A stretch of DNA of 64,000 nt from Marsupella aquatica. Lineage: Eukaryota; Plantae; Marchantiophyta. Shown one piece after another: positions 40,051-52,064 of the stretch. Numbering within the stretch: the first letter of the stretch is position 1; each line of letters begins with the position of its first letter. The position numbers and the translations under genes are program-made. The notes under the pieces are model-generated. The model did not search any database. It saw only the letters and a program-made list of their open reading frames with translations, and was not told the DNA's origin. The stretch is taken from contig OZ316893.1 in assembly GCA_973895155.1 (NCBI GenBank), forward strand, positions 26,090,798-26,154,797, read 5' to 3'.

Positions 40051-41416
40051 TTCAGAGAGATCAGCACATTCCCGAGAATCAACAGACAGAATTAAGTTGG
40101 TGATTGACTCATTACCCAAGTCTGGATCTTTTGATAATCAAATCATGTATAAAAATCAAATTGTCACTAAAATAAATTCAGCATTCTCTTTTGAAGAAGT
40201 GGATTGACCATATGGCATGTTGATAACTAGCTATTTAGGACATTATCAAATCATCAAGTTCATCTACTTCATGTCAACATGGGAGAAGAGAAATGTCAGT
40301 TGTTATTTCATGTGAATCTGAAGGATTTGGATTTGAACATGTGAAGTTGGAAAACGGAGGAGAAAAATGTCAATCATGTTATTTCAACTGAAGAAGACTT
40401 TGGGCTTGGACGTTTGTAGTTGGAAGACCTTGCCGGTGGGATTAATTTAAATGATGGATTTGGGATTTTGGCTCAAATGGGTTTTGAAGCAAAGAAGGCC
40501 ACTGGCCACTTGATCAATCCCACCAATGAGATAGTGATCTGTGCTCCAAATGAGGACTTTGTAATTTCAATGCGGGTCACTCAAAGACCATAATTTCAGC
40601 TAATTGTAGGGCTTGAGTAGTTCTAGGATCTCTTTGGTGGGATTAATTTTTATGATGGGTTTGAGAATGAAGTGCAAATGATATGATGAACACAATGCTG
40701 CAAGCTGAGACAAAACTTATTCAACCCAGAACTCCAAATGTGAACTGGAAACCCAAAAATCAATTCAAGATAATGTAATTGTCTTGCCGGATTAAGTTGA
40801 TGGACTGCTTGCAATAAGGATCCACAAAACCATATGTAACAATAGAGTACAGAGAATATGTTTAGGGATACTCAAACTACAAGTCTAAAGAATGGTAAAC
40901 TATTCTATATATCCAAGCATATTGCAGTGTTTACACATAGTCCACAAGGGTTATGCTAGTCCATGGGAGCATAATGGACAACGTGGCTGTTCATGCACAG
41001 AAACTTTTGTCCCACAAAGAAAAACCTTGCAAGATTTTGGCTATGGATGGGAAAAGATTTTGCAATATATACTACAAAAGCCAACAATTGCTGTGAGCTG
41101 CAATATTGTGATGAACATCAGTCCCCCTCCACTTGAAGACCATGTCAAATTGTTCCAAAGATTTAACAAGTGTGAGACCATTGAGCATTTTAGAAAGGAT
41201 GCTTCACATCCACAATAGCTAGGCTCTACGGTGAAGAGATGAGGCACAAAGGGTGGGTTCCATTGGAATGGCCCTAAACAATTGTTACAGCAGGCTCTAT
41301 AGACCCACAACAACATCTTAAAAAAGTTGGCTAATGCAGAGCTTCTATTGACTGTGGCCAGCTGATAGGTTAGCTCACAATCAAGCAAATAACTAGGATG
41401 GACAGCTAATAGGTTG

Positions 41417-41566
41417 ATTTGATTGATGGGACCCCAAAATGAAATGTGTTACTTGATAGAACCCTTTAGTGATCCAGGTCGTTGAATTGACCTTGAATCA
41501 ACGTACTCAAAACTTTGGGGGTCCTATCAAGTAACACAATTCATTTTGGGGTCCCATCAAGCAAAT
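41417..41566. mobile_element. MITE family A, best-preserved copy with ~42-bp terminal inverted repeats
   Basis: TTGATGGGACCCCAAAATGAAATGTGTTACTTGATAGAACCC ... GGGTCCTATCAAGTAACACAATTCATTTTGGGGTCCCATCAA is a near-perfect inverted repeat. Confidence 0.75.
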
Positions 41567-41849
41567 CCCTCAACAAAGAAGTCATATCCATGACCTTCTT
41601 GGATTTGAAGGAGGGACTCAACAAGGCCTGGGTGGGATGAAGTAAGTAAGTACAGTAGGTACATGAAGAAGTGAATTGCATTCATTGGAGTCAAACAATC
41701 CTCCAAAAAGGGCCAGGGATGCAAAGTACATGAATGCACAAAAACAAGATGGACAATGAGAAGAATGAATAGATTGTCTCACAAAGGTTTTCCATAAATT
41801 GCCTTCCCCTCTCTACACTAATTGTTTGAATGAACTCACCTGGGCCATG

Positions 41850-42109
41850 AATGCATGGTCTTCATGAGCTAGGATTTCTCCAAAGAAATATGCACCTGAG
41901 TTGGGAAGCTGGAAAGGCCCGAGCAATGAAGACGTGCAATAGGTATGGGGCGGGAGACTGAAGCCTCTAAAGTATAGTTTATGAATTCAAGACTGCCAGC
42001 AAGATCTCCAAATGCATGGTCCTCATAATCTAGAATTTTTCCAAAGAAATATGCACTTGAGTTGAGAGGCTGGAAAAGGCCCCAAGTAATGAAGTGCTTA
42101 CAATAGGTA
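41850..42109. repeat. ~95-bp direct repeat x2
   Basis: AATGCATGGTC.TCAT...CCAAAGAAATATGCAC.TGAGTTG...GCTGGAAA.GGCCC...CAATAGGTA occurs twice. Confidence 0.8.
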
Positions 42110-44293
42110 CTCTTGATGCTTCAGCGGTGAGTCCAGAAAGTCTGAATCATTTATTTCATATCTCTTTAGCCCCTCGGGGAGTTGACTACCAAGCGAGCTA
42201 CCAAAAATTGTAGGAAACACATGCGATCCAAAATAGGTATTCTGATGGACATTAGCTAAGATTCTAAAAGTCATATATAAGAAAAAAGGTATTAATTATT
42301 GACTAAGATTTATAGACTATTCTCTAAAATAGTCCTTTTATAAAGTAAAATAGGCAATTAATATTTTTTTAAAAGAAATTAGAGTATTTATATGAGAATA
42401 GTAAATATTGCAAAATATACACTAAATTAACTTCCCAAGATTAACCCACTTCACAAGATCCTCATTTTCTAGCACAATATGTCTTTCATGGGAGATAACA
42501 TGCTCTCAAATGAATATTTGCCCAAACTCCACAATTAGCGGACCTATTGTGACATAAATTAAATCCAGAGTTACATGCTGGATACAAATTGGTCGATTGT
42601 TAATTTTAATACTTGCTCTTGTCTTATGTCCTTGCCCCACTTGTGCATTCATTAATTTCTTTATGAGTAAAATAGTATCCAGTAGTGACATGAAAATTAG
42701 AATATTAACATTTCAAGTCTCCATTGGAATTCTTTAACCACCAATCGACACACCCTCTCACACTAGGTAGAGATTGCAAGAATCCCTATTCATTAAAAGT
42801 GTATCTTATTTTTGTAGAGTAGGGTTTAAGGAAATATGAACTACTTTCCTCTTAAACAACCAGAATTCGTTCCCGTTAAGAGCTTGTGAGACCTAAAAGA
42901 TTGTATTAATATACTTTGAGATAGTGAAGCTAACCTATCTCAGATTTTAATCCTTTACCGACATGCTTAGGTCAGGTGGAAGGAGTTTTTAATACATCCT
43001 CAGGTATTGTGATGTTTGCATCATCAACAGTGCAATAATTAATTCTAAAACTATAACAAAACAACCAAAAGCCGGAGGCGTAAAGAGAGAATTAGGCGAG
43101 CCTTAAATGTCTCATCTCCTCTCGCCACTTAGCAATCTATGACTAAGTTAGGCACGATTAAGAGTCAACAGAGAGTCTGACTAAATTAGGCTGATGCCTA
43201 AAGCTAATCCTTAAAGCCAACCATCTAAGAATTTGTAAAAGATGCATATAAGATAGCCCGTATTAACTTTCTGACCTATGTCAAGGCAAAGGTGGTACTG
43301 ATTACTCCGAACTAACTTATTCTTCTATTCAATCCTTCAGATTGCTCTTTTAGGACTACGCAATTTGTGAGTTCTCGTATGGTGCTTCTTCCACTAATAC
43401 TTAATAAGCCATAAGTATTCCATAGTCAACATGAATCTTTAGACCTTTGCATGATCTCAGGCATGCATTTTCAGTCAGCCTAAAGGTTAACTATGACATT
43501 GCTAGTCATTTTCCATAGATTTTCTAGCAAGAATGGTCACACACTAATGTCCAAACACAAAGCATAGATCACCAAAATTATGAATCTATTACTTCTCTTC
43601 AAAGAAGGAGACTTTCAAAAGTGAAATGCAAGTCTGAGTAAAATGGTGGAAACTTTCCCTCTTATACTTAGGGACAAGTCTCCTCTAAACAAAAGTTGAA
43701 GAGGTACGCCTCTTCAATTCCTAACCTAAGTGTAAAAGTAAAAAGTAATGCTAATGTCTGAAACTAGACTATGAGATAAAGTGCTCAGCAAAAATTCAAA
43801 GTCTAATTCTTCCTATACTAAGTTTTATAGGGCTTCAAACACGAAACCGGATCAAAAACCGGATGGGAAGCCGATTCAACTTCCGGATGGAATAACTTTT
43901 TACTCTTCAGGAGTTGAAGTGTCAGGCTTCACCGATGTGGAGTCTACTGCTGGATCAATGGAGTTGAGAGGGTTTGGCATGAAAGTGATACCTCCAAAGG
44001 TAGTAGTAAATGGTGAGGTCGGAATGGGTGGAAAATTGGGTGTAACTGTGGTAGAAGTGATATCAAGATCAGGAGAGTCAGCCCATCCTTCTGCTGGTGT
44101 CACCTGTGGAGATGGAACATTGACTTTCTCTGCAAATTGAGTTTGCTCCTCATCAGAAAGGTCATAGAATTTCTTCAGTTCAGCAAGGATAAGCTTGAGG
44201 GCAGAGAGGCATTCTTCCACCTTGTCACCATAGTCATGTGGCAATCTGGATGACTAAGGGCATGAGAAGGGGATTGGGAACATCAATGAAGTA

Positions 44294-45586
44294 CTACCTG
44301 AATAGTTGGGTCTGTACCAGGTCCTCTCCCTTGGTTTCTACTAAGGGTTCCAGGTGATCCATAGCTCTGGAAATGTTATCGAAGAGTAGTTGCTCCGCTG
44401 TGGTCTTCTCCTTTGCCTTGTGCAGCAACTGTTCAAGATGATAGTTCTTCTTCTTCTCTTCCTCTAATGATTTCTCTAGCTGCTCAATCTTGACCTTGTT
44501 CTCATCTCCTTTCATCAGGTCCTCCACTTTCTTCACAAGGTCAGCAGGAGCTACACCAGTCACCTGGGAGAGCCTTGAGAGCACTGGTTCCATGATTCCC
44601 ATCTTGGTCTTGATGGCCGAAAGATCCTTGAATAAACAAGAAAAATGGTGTAAGGTAGAGTGTGAAAGACCGGCTGAAGTGGTAGTAGCGCCACTCATCG
44701 GGTAGGAAACCGGGTCAGAAACCGGTTCAGAAGCCGGATCAGAAGCCGGTTCAGTTTTGTCGAGCTTCCTCTTCCTGGTTGGCCCTACAAAGTCGATCTC
44801 TTCCGGCTCTGGGTCATCTTCAGACTCTGGTAAGCTCTGAATTTCTGGATCCAAGACTCTATATTTCACATAGCTGCTCTTGGTGCCAAATGCACTCTTC
44901 TCATGTTTGAATAAGGTTTGGTCATGAGAGTATAGATGTACCAAGTAATAGGAGAGAGCAGTGGGGGCTCTGTTGGATAGGGCGGAGACCTGCTTCTCTA
45001 GAACACTTGAGAAGATAGTAGCCCATGATACCTCTCTGGTTTTGAAGAAGGAAGCAATGATAGTACTTTCTACTTTAAGAATCACCCTCCTTGGTTTCTC
45101 TGGATAGATGAGGGGGACTAGGAATGCCATCACGTTCCTGAGGTCCTTGTGAGTACACTGGTTGATGGTCCATCCTTCTTTGGCATCCATCTTGCCACCA
45201 AAGTATTCCACTGTGAGATTCTCTCCTCTGGGGCAGAAGCCACTCCCTTTCACTAGTAGCTGAAAAACTTCTCCAACGAATGTCTTGGTCCAAGCTTCTG
45301 GTCGAGCTCGTGCAGTCTTCTGAAATTCTATGGGAGGAACTCCTGCCAGCACTTCCCTTACCATGTCTTCACTCAGAAATCCCCAAGTAAGATCCATCAA
45401 GGAGGCACAGCCCATTAGTGTAAGATCTTTTCGGAGCTGTTCCTTCTCAGCTGCATCAGTAGGAATGAGGGGTCTCAAGGGCTTCATGGTGATCTGAGCC
45501 TCCTTCCTCTTTGAACGTCGTACTTCAGGCCTTATTGGAGTCCCACTCTGAGTCTTGGAAGAAGGACTGCTCTTGGCACTCTTCAT
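44294..45586 (-). CDS. Intronless 430-aa ORF of unknown function, probably a retrotransposon-associated accessory ORF; broken continuation at 43900-44244
   Basis: Long ATG-initiated ORF with a globular N-half (GCASLMDLTWG...SEDMVREVL, FLVPLIYPEKP..., VSWATIF, YLVHLY), EPASDPAS repeats and a C-terminal coiled coil. It sits in an ACCGG-rich segment (~43800-46560) with a further decayed ORF upstream. No RT or integrase motifs seen. Confidence 0.55.
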   Translation of the reverse strand: MKSAKSSPSSKTQSGTPIRPEVRRSKRKEAQITMKPLRPLIPTDAAEKEQLRKDLTLMGCASLMDLTWGFLSEDMVREVLAGVPPIEFQKTARARPEAWTKTFVGEVFQLLVKGSGFCPRGENLTVEYFGGKMDAKEGWTINQCTHKDLRNVMAFLVPLIYPEKPRRVILKVESTIIASFFKTREVSWATIFSSVLEKQVSALSNRAPTALSYYLVHLYSHDQTLFKHEKSAFGTKSSYVKYRVLDPEIQSLPESEDDPEPEEIDFVGPTRKRKLDKTEPASDPASEPVSDPVSYPMSGATTTSAGLSHSTLHHFSCLFKDLSAIKTKMGIMEPVLSRLSQVTGVAPADLVKKVEDLMKGDENKVKIEQLEKSLEEEKKKNYHLEQLLHKAKEKTTAEQLLFDNISRAMDHLEPLVETKGEDLVQTQLFR

Positions 45587-47439
45587 ACTGAAAATGGTGG
45601 TTGGAGTAGCAAACAGATTTGAACCGGTGAAGGTAGAAGGTAGGAGCTAGAAGTGAATATAGCCTCTATAATTACTCCGTCGCGTATATCAGCCAACCTT
45701 CTCCATCTCAGCACACTTTCAGCGAAAACGAACGTCCAGCAAGCGAGATATAGCAAAAACCGGTTTGCCACCGGTTCTGTTCCGGTTCAGAAACCGGCTC
45801 AAGCCCCGGAAGTAGACAACTATCAAAACAGGGGCCTTAGCGTCAATCTCCACATCCCCAGCCTTCCCTCCAAGCGTAGGAGTAGGCTGCCACCTCACAC
45901 GAGTCTGTCAAGGCTCTCTTATACCATTCTCTCACAAAAACTAGAATGGTCCTATAATCCGGACCCAAGATCCTCAACCGGAAGGGAAGAGCCTCCTTTC
46001 TCTACTGCTTCGACAAGCCTATTCACTCGGGAGCTCAAAACTTACTCTGTTCAGCTTTGAGAGGTGTGAGAAGAGCAAATCCGGTTCGTCCTTAAGAGGG
46101 ATTCCGGCTCACTGTCAGGAGTCCAATGCTTATGGGTTTTCCCCAGGACGAAGAGCGTAGCCTCGGCTTCAAGAACCTGGTGTTAGATTTTCTTGATAGC
46201 GTCCGGAGACGATTTTACGGCTTCCGGTTCGTGGTCTGGTTTCCTTCTCTTTACCAAGAAATACTTTCTTCCGGTTGAGCCTCTTTTCCTTCTCTTAATC
46301 TCTTGAATGGTTGTTAGACTTTCAATAATGGTTTGCTTAGCATTTAAGGTTCTTCTTTCCCGCTTCAAAGGCAAAACATTTAATTTTTCCACTTTCTTTA
46401 TTCCTTTCTTCTTAACCATGTTATCACAATTTTGTTCACTTTTAGGTCTCAAAAATGTCCACTTTTTGGTCTCTAAATATACACTTTTTAACCCCAAAAG
46501 GTACACTATAGTACAATATTATACACCTAAATGGTTAATTCTAAACTTGAGGGGGCAAAAAGGATCTTTACTAGAAGTAGTTTCATCCTAGTTCATTTAC
46601 AAAGGATGAACATGGTGATACGTGTGATGGTCAATATCTTTATTTCTTGCCCAAATGTACACTTTCTATTGCCCAAATGTTCATAGATCAAATAATAATT
46701 CACTTTTAATGAATAGATTGACACCTCAACAACTACAATGGGCCATGCTCCTTATGGACAGGGAATTATAGGACTAAAATCATGATTATATATCCTCAAT
46801 CTTTTGATGAGTTTCCATATTCACCAACAAATGGTTCACTACGTACCATGGGCAACACATCTTCGTGTACATTCATGGATACACACTTATCAAGTGTTGC
46901 TTTGTATAAAATCAAATGTGTGCTTTTATGATAGCCTGAAGTCATGTTTTGATTATCAAAAGATCCAGACTTAGGTATTAAGTCTTGCAAATGCACTTGA
47001 GCATATCCCAATCATCATCTATTGCATCTAAATCACAATCCTAATCAAGTCTAAAACTAATGTTTTAATCATTTGAAATACTTGCTACAACTTCTCACCT
47101 TGCAAGTTGAGAACTACTGCCATGTCTTGCACTCCAGACCTGTGAAAGAATGACATCAATGTACATGTGGAGTATCATGTGCTATCATAGCCTAATATAA
47201 ATGCTTTTTTTTGTACCACTTGCAATCTTAACCTAATTTCAATACTCCTATTTTGGGGGTATCAAGTGTGATCCTAGCCTAACATATATATATATATATA
47301 TATAATTTTTAATATTAATTACCTATTTTATTTTATAAAACATATAGAATAGAGAATATTCTATTAATTTGAGTTTTATAACACCTTTTTTTAGTTTTCT
47401 ATTTAGATTCTTTTTCTTTTTGGCCAATGTGGCTAATGT

Positions 47440-47740
47440 CACCTGTTGTGAAGGAGAAGATGCTATGAAATTTCATTAATTTGTAACCATAAGATCTCCC
47501 TACATCTAAGGATAAGAGTCAAATTCTGGCTAATGGGGTATGTGGTTAGTTGAGGAATGTCACTTTGAGTAAAGGTGAAGATGCTAAGATTATTTATTTT
47601 TTAATCTAATTTTCCTATCATGTCTATTAGAGACCCCTACATCTAGGCATAATGGTAAGATTTTGGCTACTAGGTGTGAAACTGGGCTAATGGAAAACAA
47701 ATAGAATGGACACCAATGGTGAATATACTAAGAATATTTT
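47440..47740. repeat. Dispersed repeat (internally duplicated), with an inverted homolog at ~58385-58570
   Basis: TGTGAAGGAGAAGATGCT...ATCTCCCTA.AT.TAAGGAT...ATTCTGGCTAATGGG is found here and on the minus strand at ~58470-58570. Confidence 0.65.
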
Positions 47741-48480
47741 AAAAACTTTCTCAGATTACTTTGTGGCCATTAGATTTTCCTAGAGCAAGAATAACGTGGA
47801 CTATGGTTAGGTGGGAAATTGACCAGTGCAAAACAAAAATCTTGGCAAATTTATGCCTAAAGTGGCAACAACTTTTTGGTGAGACAAGGTTTTCTGGCAC
47901 TAAAACAACAGCTGCTCACATTGTCAACCTCCAATTTCTTTTTCCCATTCTCGACAGGAAAGGGAAGTCCGGATGGACCACCATGTTGGACAAATTGCTC
48001 CAGTGGACCACATTTTGGTGGTCCATGGGAAGTTTGGGCTTATAACTTAATTTTAAGTCTTAAAATAGTTTTTAGGTTTTTATCTCCAAGCAACTAGAGA
48101 AGGAAGAGACATTAAAAAACACAAGCCCTAATATTCATATTAACACAATGAAAATTAATTTAATAGAATTTACCCCTTCGCATTCCATGATGAGCAACTC
48201 AACCAAAATGGCCAAAAATTCACTGTAGTTTTGATGGAAGTGTGATGAACCTACTCCTCGAGCCCATCTTTAGAACTAAAAAAATTCTGAATTTATGAAC
48301 ATTTACTGTAGTTATTGTCACATGATTTGGTACTTCAGCAGGCCTTTGGGAACTTCACCAAGAAACCCTTTCAGGTCCCACCTGCCCCCCCCCCCCCCCC
48401 CCCTGAATTCCCCCTTATCAGGTTATGGAGTTGCATTGCTGGCAGATCAATAGGGTTTATTACCCCTATCATGTACCCAC

Positions 48481-48635
48481 TGAAGGGAATCTCATTGGAA
48501 CCCAGCACTGGGTGGTCTTTAGGAGTGTGTTATTGAAGGGAATCTCACAGGAACCCAGCACTGGCCGGTCTTTAGGAGTGTGTTATTGAAGGGAATCTCA
48601 CAGGAACCCAGCACTGGCCAGTCTTTAGGAGTGTG
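48481..48635. repeat. 53-bp minisatellite x3
   Basis: TGAAGGGAATCTCA..GGAACCCAGCACTGG...GTCTTTAGGAGTGTG at 48481, 48534 and 48587. Confidence 0.9.
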
Positions 48636-48659
48636 CTGCTCTCGTTGTAGTTTCTAAAT

Positions 48660-48990
48660 TGCTTGTTTGGTTGCCCTTCTTGGGGCTAAGCTCCTTGCCT
48701 GGTGCTGGCCTTCCCGGTTTTAGCACCTTAACTTTTGGTCCTGTGGGCTGGTGTCCCTCTTTTGGGCCCCCCTTTTTGTATGTTGGTTATTTGAATGGGA
48801 TTTCATTAGATTTTTTTCAAGGGGACCCTTTGGTCATGTATAACTCTTTTGGGCACCGATTTTGTATATTGGCTATTTGAATGGAATTCATTTGTTTTCT
48901 GGAGGGGGAACCTTTGGTCCTATGGGCTGGTGTCCCTCTTCTGGCCCCCCTTTTCTAGTTGACTATTTGAATGAAATTCATTTGGTTTTT
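48660..48990. repeat. Dispersed repeat related to 35561-35830, with internal subrepeats
   Basis: TGGTCC..TGGGCTGGTGTCCCT.TTTTGGGCCCCC.TTTTGTATGTTGG.TATTTGA shared with 35740-35830. Confidence 0.7.
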
Positions 48991-50525
48991 GGAGGGAAAA
49001 AAAATTAAACTCAATTTTTTTTGCGAAATGTGGTACATGGGGGTTTCAGAAGACCAACGTTGTGCTACAGGGGAACGTCATTTTCCTTCAAACAAAGAGC
49101 GAATTCCATTGAATGAAACGATCGGTCGCAGTGCAGCAAATGTGGAAGGCGAGGGATGAAGATCGATCCAATTCCCGTTCAAGTCTATGGCGAAATGCTT
49201 TGTACCTCACCTTTGCCACACGAAATTATGTCGATTGAATGTCGAACATGGCGGAGGAGCAGACACGGGTGCTTGATTGCAAAATGAATTTGAGAGACGG
49301 GTTTTTGATTGCAAACTGAATTTTGTTACGTCAATTGAAATTCGCTCTGTTTCATCTCCAAGAAAGCACTGGATATGGAGTCTTCTGCCATAACAGAGGT
49401 TGGAGCAGATGTATGAGGTACGGCAATGCTGACGAAACCTGGAATGAATGATTGTTGGTGAATTGGTGCTTGGAGAAACCTTGGAAAGGATTCAAGGAAC
49501 GAAGCAGATATGCTCACCAGGCTTTACATTAGTGACTCGATTCGATTCTAATTTTGTTGGCCTTTTTTGCACGAGGTAGATGAGACGGATGGCCTTGCCG
49601 TCCAATTTTGGTCATGAAGCAGAGCAGCTGCTGAGTGCTCTGCTGGTGCATTTCATTTCATGCTAAGCTCCTCCGTTCTGTTGGTTTTTGCGGAGAGCAA
49701 GAACGAAAAGGGGGAGGGAACGGATGAGGAGAAGGCCTTGCTGTTTGTTGTCGAGTGACTGCCCAGGCGTGGCGAGGAGGAGTTCCATTGCTTGGATGTG
49801 AACAGTAGACAGAGAAGGGCAGGCAGGGGAAGGCTACGGGGCCTTCCCAGGAGGTTCAGCGCTACCTCTCGTTGTGCTCTTCCTCCTTCGCTCACTCATG
49901 GGAGCGCTCGTTTGATTCGGTCAATTCCTTTGCAACTAGGTTTAAGCATGTTAAGGAAGCTCCGCGCAGCAATTCGCTCGCAACTATGTTTAAGCATTTA
50001 ATCAACCTCGGCAACGAGATCTTTGGTTTACTTGAACACTATCTGTGCACAGGCTTTTTGAGCGTTCAGTGATTCGAATTTGACATTTAAATTGCGACTA
50101 GAATTTCTGCATTTATGGCTCCCGCAGTGCACTTGAACATCTCTTGGGCAATCGGGACTCCCGGTTATCACGGTCGAGCAAAACAACTGAATTGTTTTTC
50201 AGCATCAACATAACCTCTCCTAGTTTCTTCCCCTGTCCCTGCGATTTCTCGCTGCGGACAAGGGTCCTCCGGGACGGACAGACAAATATTAGATGCGCCA
50301 CGAGAGTAAAGAGAGTATAATTTCGTGCTCACAACCTACGCGATCTTTTCCAGGGGAGCCCAGGATAAGGTCTGGGTACTGCAGGGTGGTTAGGGGATGG
50401 CACTTTGAAGCTTTCAAACAACTGTAACGAATCAGGTGCATGTGTTTAGGATTATCAAGATTTCACAGCCAGGAAGGAATACAGTGGTGGTGACAGGGGC
50501 GGATAGAAAGCGGAGCGAACTTCCA

Positions 50526-50945
50526 ATGGAGAATGACCAGAGTGGCGGAAAGAAGAGGAAAACATCCGGAGGTTCGTACAATTCCTGAGTGCGTTGGTTC
50601 CTTCACAATCAGATGCGGACAAAGCATCCTCTGTAGAGCAACGACTCTTCAAGAGCGGCGCACCAGACACCGAGACCACGGCACTGTCTCTTGAGGCACG
50701 AGGCAGCTCGCGGGGTCACCAATGGCGAGCGTGCCGTGCAGGAACTCAAACGCGACTTCAGCTTGGCAAAAGAGTAAGAGGAGATCGAGAAGGGCGTCCA
50801 TTCTGGGGCTCGCTGAGGATGCTGTCGCCCACTACAAGAAAGCTAACCACATATTAGTTGAGGGAAGCAGTTACCCTTGGATGTTGAACCAGGGAGTGCA
50901 TCCTGCGAAAACTTGGGGAATTACAGAAACAAATTGATCCAGTAG
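50526..50945 (+). pseudogene. Decayed N-terminal (MIT-domain) coding region of the spastin-like gene
   Basis: Fragments in different frames, GVTNGERAVQELKRDFSLAKE*EEIEKGV / WGLAEDAVAHYKKANHILVEG / NLGNYRNKLIQ*EEKVLERLRV, resemble the plant spastin MIT region (as recalled for At2g45500). Stops at 50775-50777 and 50943-50945 plus frameshifts. Confidence 0.75.
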
Positions 50946-51014
50946 GAGGAGAAAGTTCTCGAGAGGCTGCGAGTGTTCAACAGTCGATCAGTGGGAGCTT
51001 CTCAAGCTCGAGTT

Positions 51015-52064
51015 ATGGATAAAAGGCCAATATTCAATCTTTCTCCGAAGAGAAGGCCCATTCCTCTTTCTGTACATCCACATCCAGTGACTCCCGCACG
51101 TACTCCTGTGACGCCCCCAACTCGGCAACATGTTCCAGCAAACGTAGCTGCTCAACCTGCGGCAATAAAGGGACTTCATCCGAAATTGGTGGAAACAATT
51201 GAGAATGATATCGTGGACAGAAGCCCAGCTGTGAAATGGGATGACATTGCTGGCTTGGCCAGAGCGAAGTTGGCCCTAATGGAGATGGTTATACTGCCTT
51301 CAATTCGAAGTGATCTATTTCAGGGGCTTCGGAAACCTGCCCGAGGTTTACTCCTATTTGGTCCTCCTGGCAATGGGAAAACCATGCTAGCTAAAGCTGT
51401 TGCTTCAGAGTCTGCCGCAACATTTTTCAGTATAAGCGCTTCCTCACTTACCTCGAAGTGGGTTGGTGAGGGAGAGAAGCTTGTGAAAGCCCTATTTGGT
51501 ATTGCAGCTGCAAGGCAGCCTTCAGTTATATTCGTGGATGAGATTGATAGCATTATGTCGTCACGAACTGCTGGTGACCACGAAGCAAGCAGAAGGTTGA
51601 AGACAGAGTTTTTGGTGCAGTTTGATGGAGTTATTTCCAATGAGAATGACCGTATCATTGTAATGGCGGCCACTAACCGGCCTGAAGGGCTAGATGATGC
51701 TGTTCGGCGGAGGCTGGTGAAGAGAATTTACATTCCTCTACCAGAGGCAGAGGGAAGGAAAGCATTGCTACAGAACCTGTTGAAGGGGCAGACAACTTTT
51801 TCTTTGCATGGGAGTGAATTGGAGAAGCTCATAAAGAGTACAGATGGCTACTCTGGCAGTGATCTCCATGCGTTGTGCCAAGAAGCAGCCATGATGCCAC
51901 TTCGTCAATTGGGCTCTCAAATCAGTACTATAAGGCCAGATCAAGTGCGTTCTTTAACTTTCAGGGATTTCAAGGAGGCTTTAAAAGTGATTCGACCGAG
52001 TGTCTCAAAGGAGCAACTAGCACAATATGAACAATTCAATGACGAATTCGGTTCATTGGGATGA
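51015..52064 (+). CDS. Spastin-like (meiotic clade) AAA+ ATPase, intronless, intact AAA cassette (349 aa from the first in-frame ATG); retrocopy or truncated gene
   Basis: VKWDDIAGL, Walker A GPPGNGKT, pore loop SLTSKWVGEGEK, Walker B VIFVDEIDS, EASRRLKTEFLVQFDG, SRH ATNRPEGLDDAVRRRLVKR, GYSGSDL, IRPSVS...YEQFNDEFGS. Confidence 0.85.
   Translation: MDKRPIFNLSPKRRPIPLSVHPHPVTPARTPVTPPTRQHVPANVAAQPAAIKGLHPKLVETIENDIVDRSPAVKWDDIAGLARAKLALMEMVILPSIRSDLFQGLRKPARGLLLFGPPGNGKTMLAKAVASESAATFFSISASSLTSKWVGEGEKLVKALFGIAAARQPSVIFVDEIDSIMSSRTAGDHEASRRLKTEFLVQFDGVISNENDRIIVMAATNRPEGLDDAVRRRLVKRIYIPLPEAEGRKALLQNLLKGQTTFSLHGSELEKLIKSTDGYSGSDLHALCQEAAMMPLRQLGSQISTIRPDQVRSLTFRDFKEALKVIRPSVSKEQLAQYEQFNDEFGSLG

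Noticed and set aside
48481-48635. CRISPR-like repeats (also 31476-31910)
   Set aside because: Head-to-tail minisatellites without variable spacers.
50943-50945. Stop codon repaired by RNA editing or readthrough
   Set aside because: Nuclear gene, and neighbouring frameshifts would still destroy the MIT region; simple decay is more parsimonious.
50774-50945. GTAAGA at 50774 as an intron donor that removes the lesions
   Set aside because: The nearby acceptors (50942, 50945) do not restore the AAA frame, and the skipped sequence is itself MIT-homologous.
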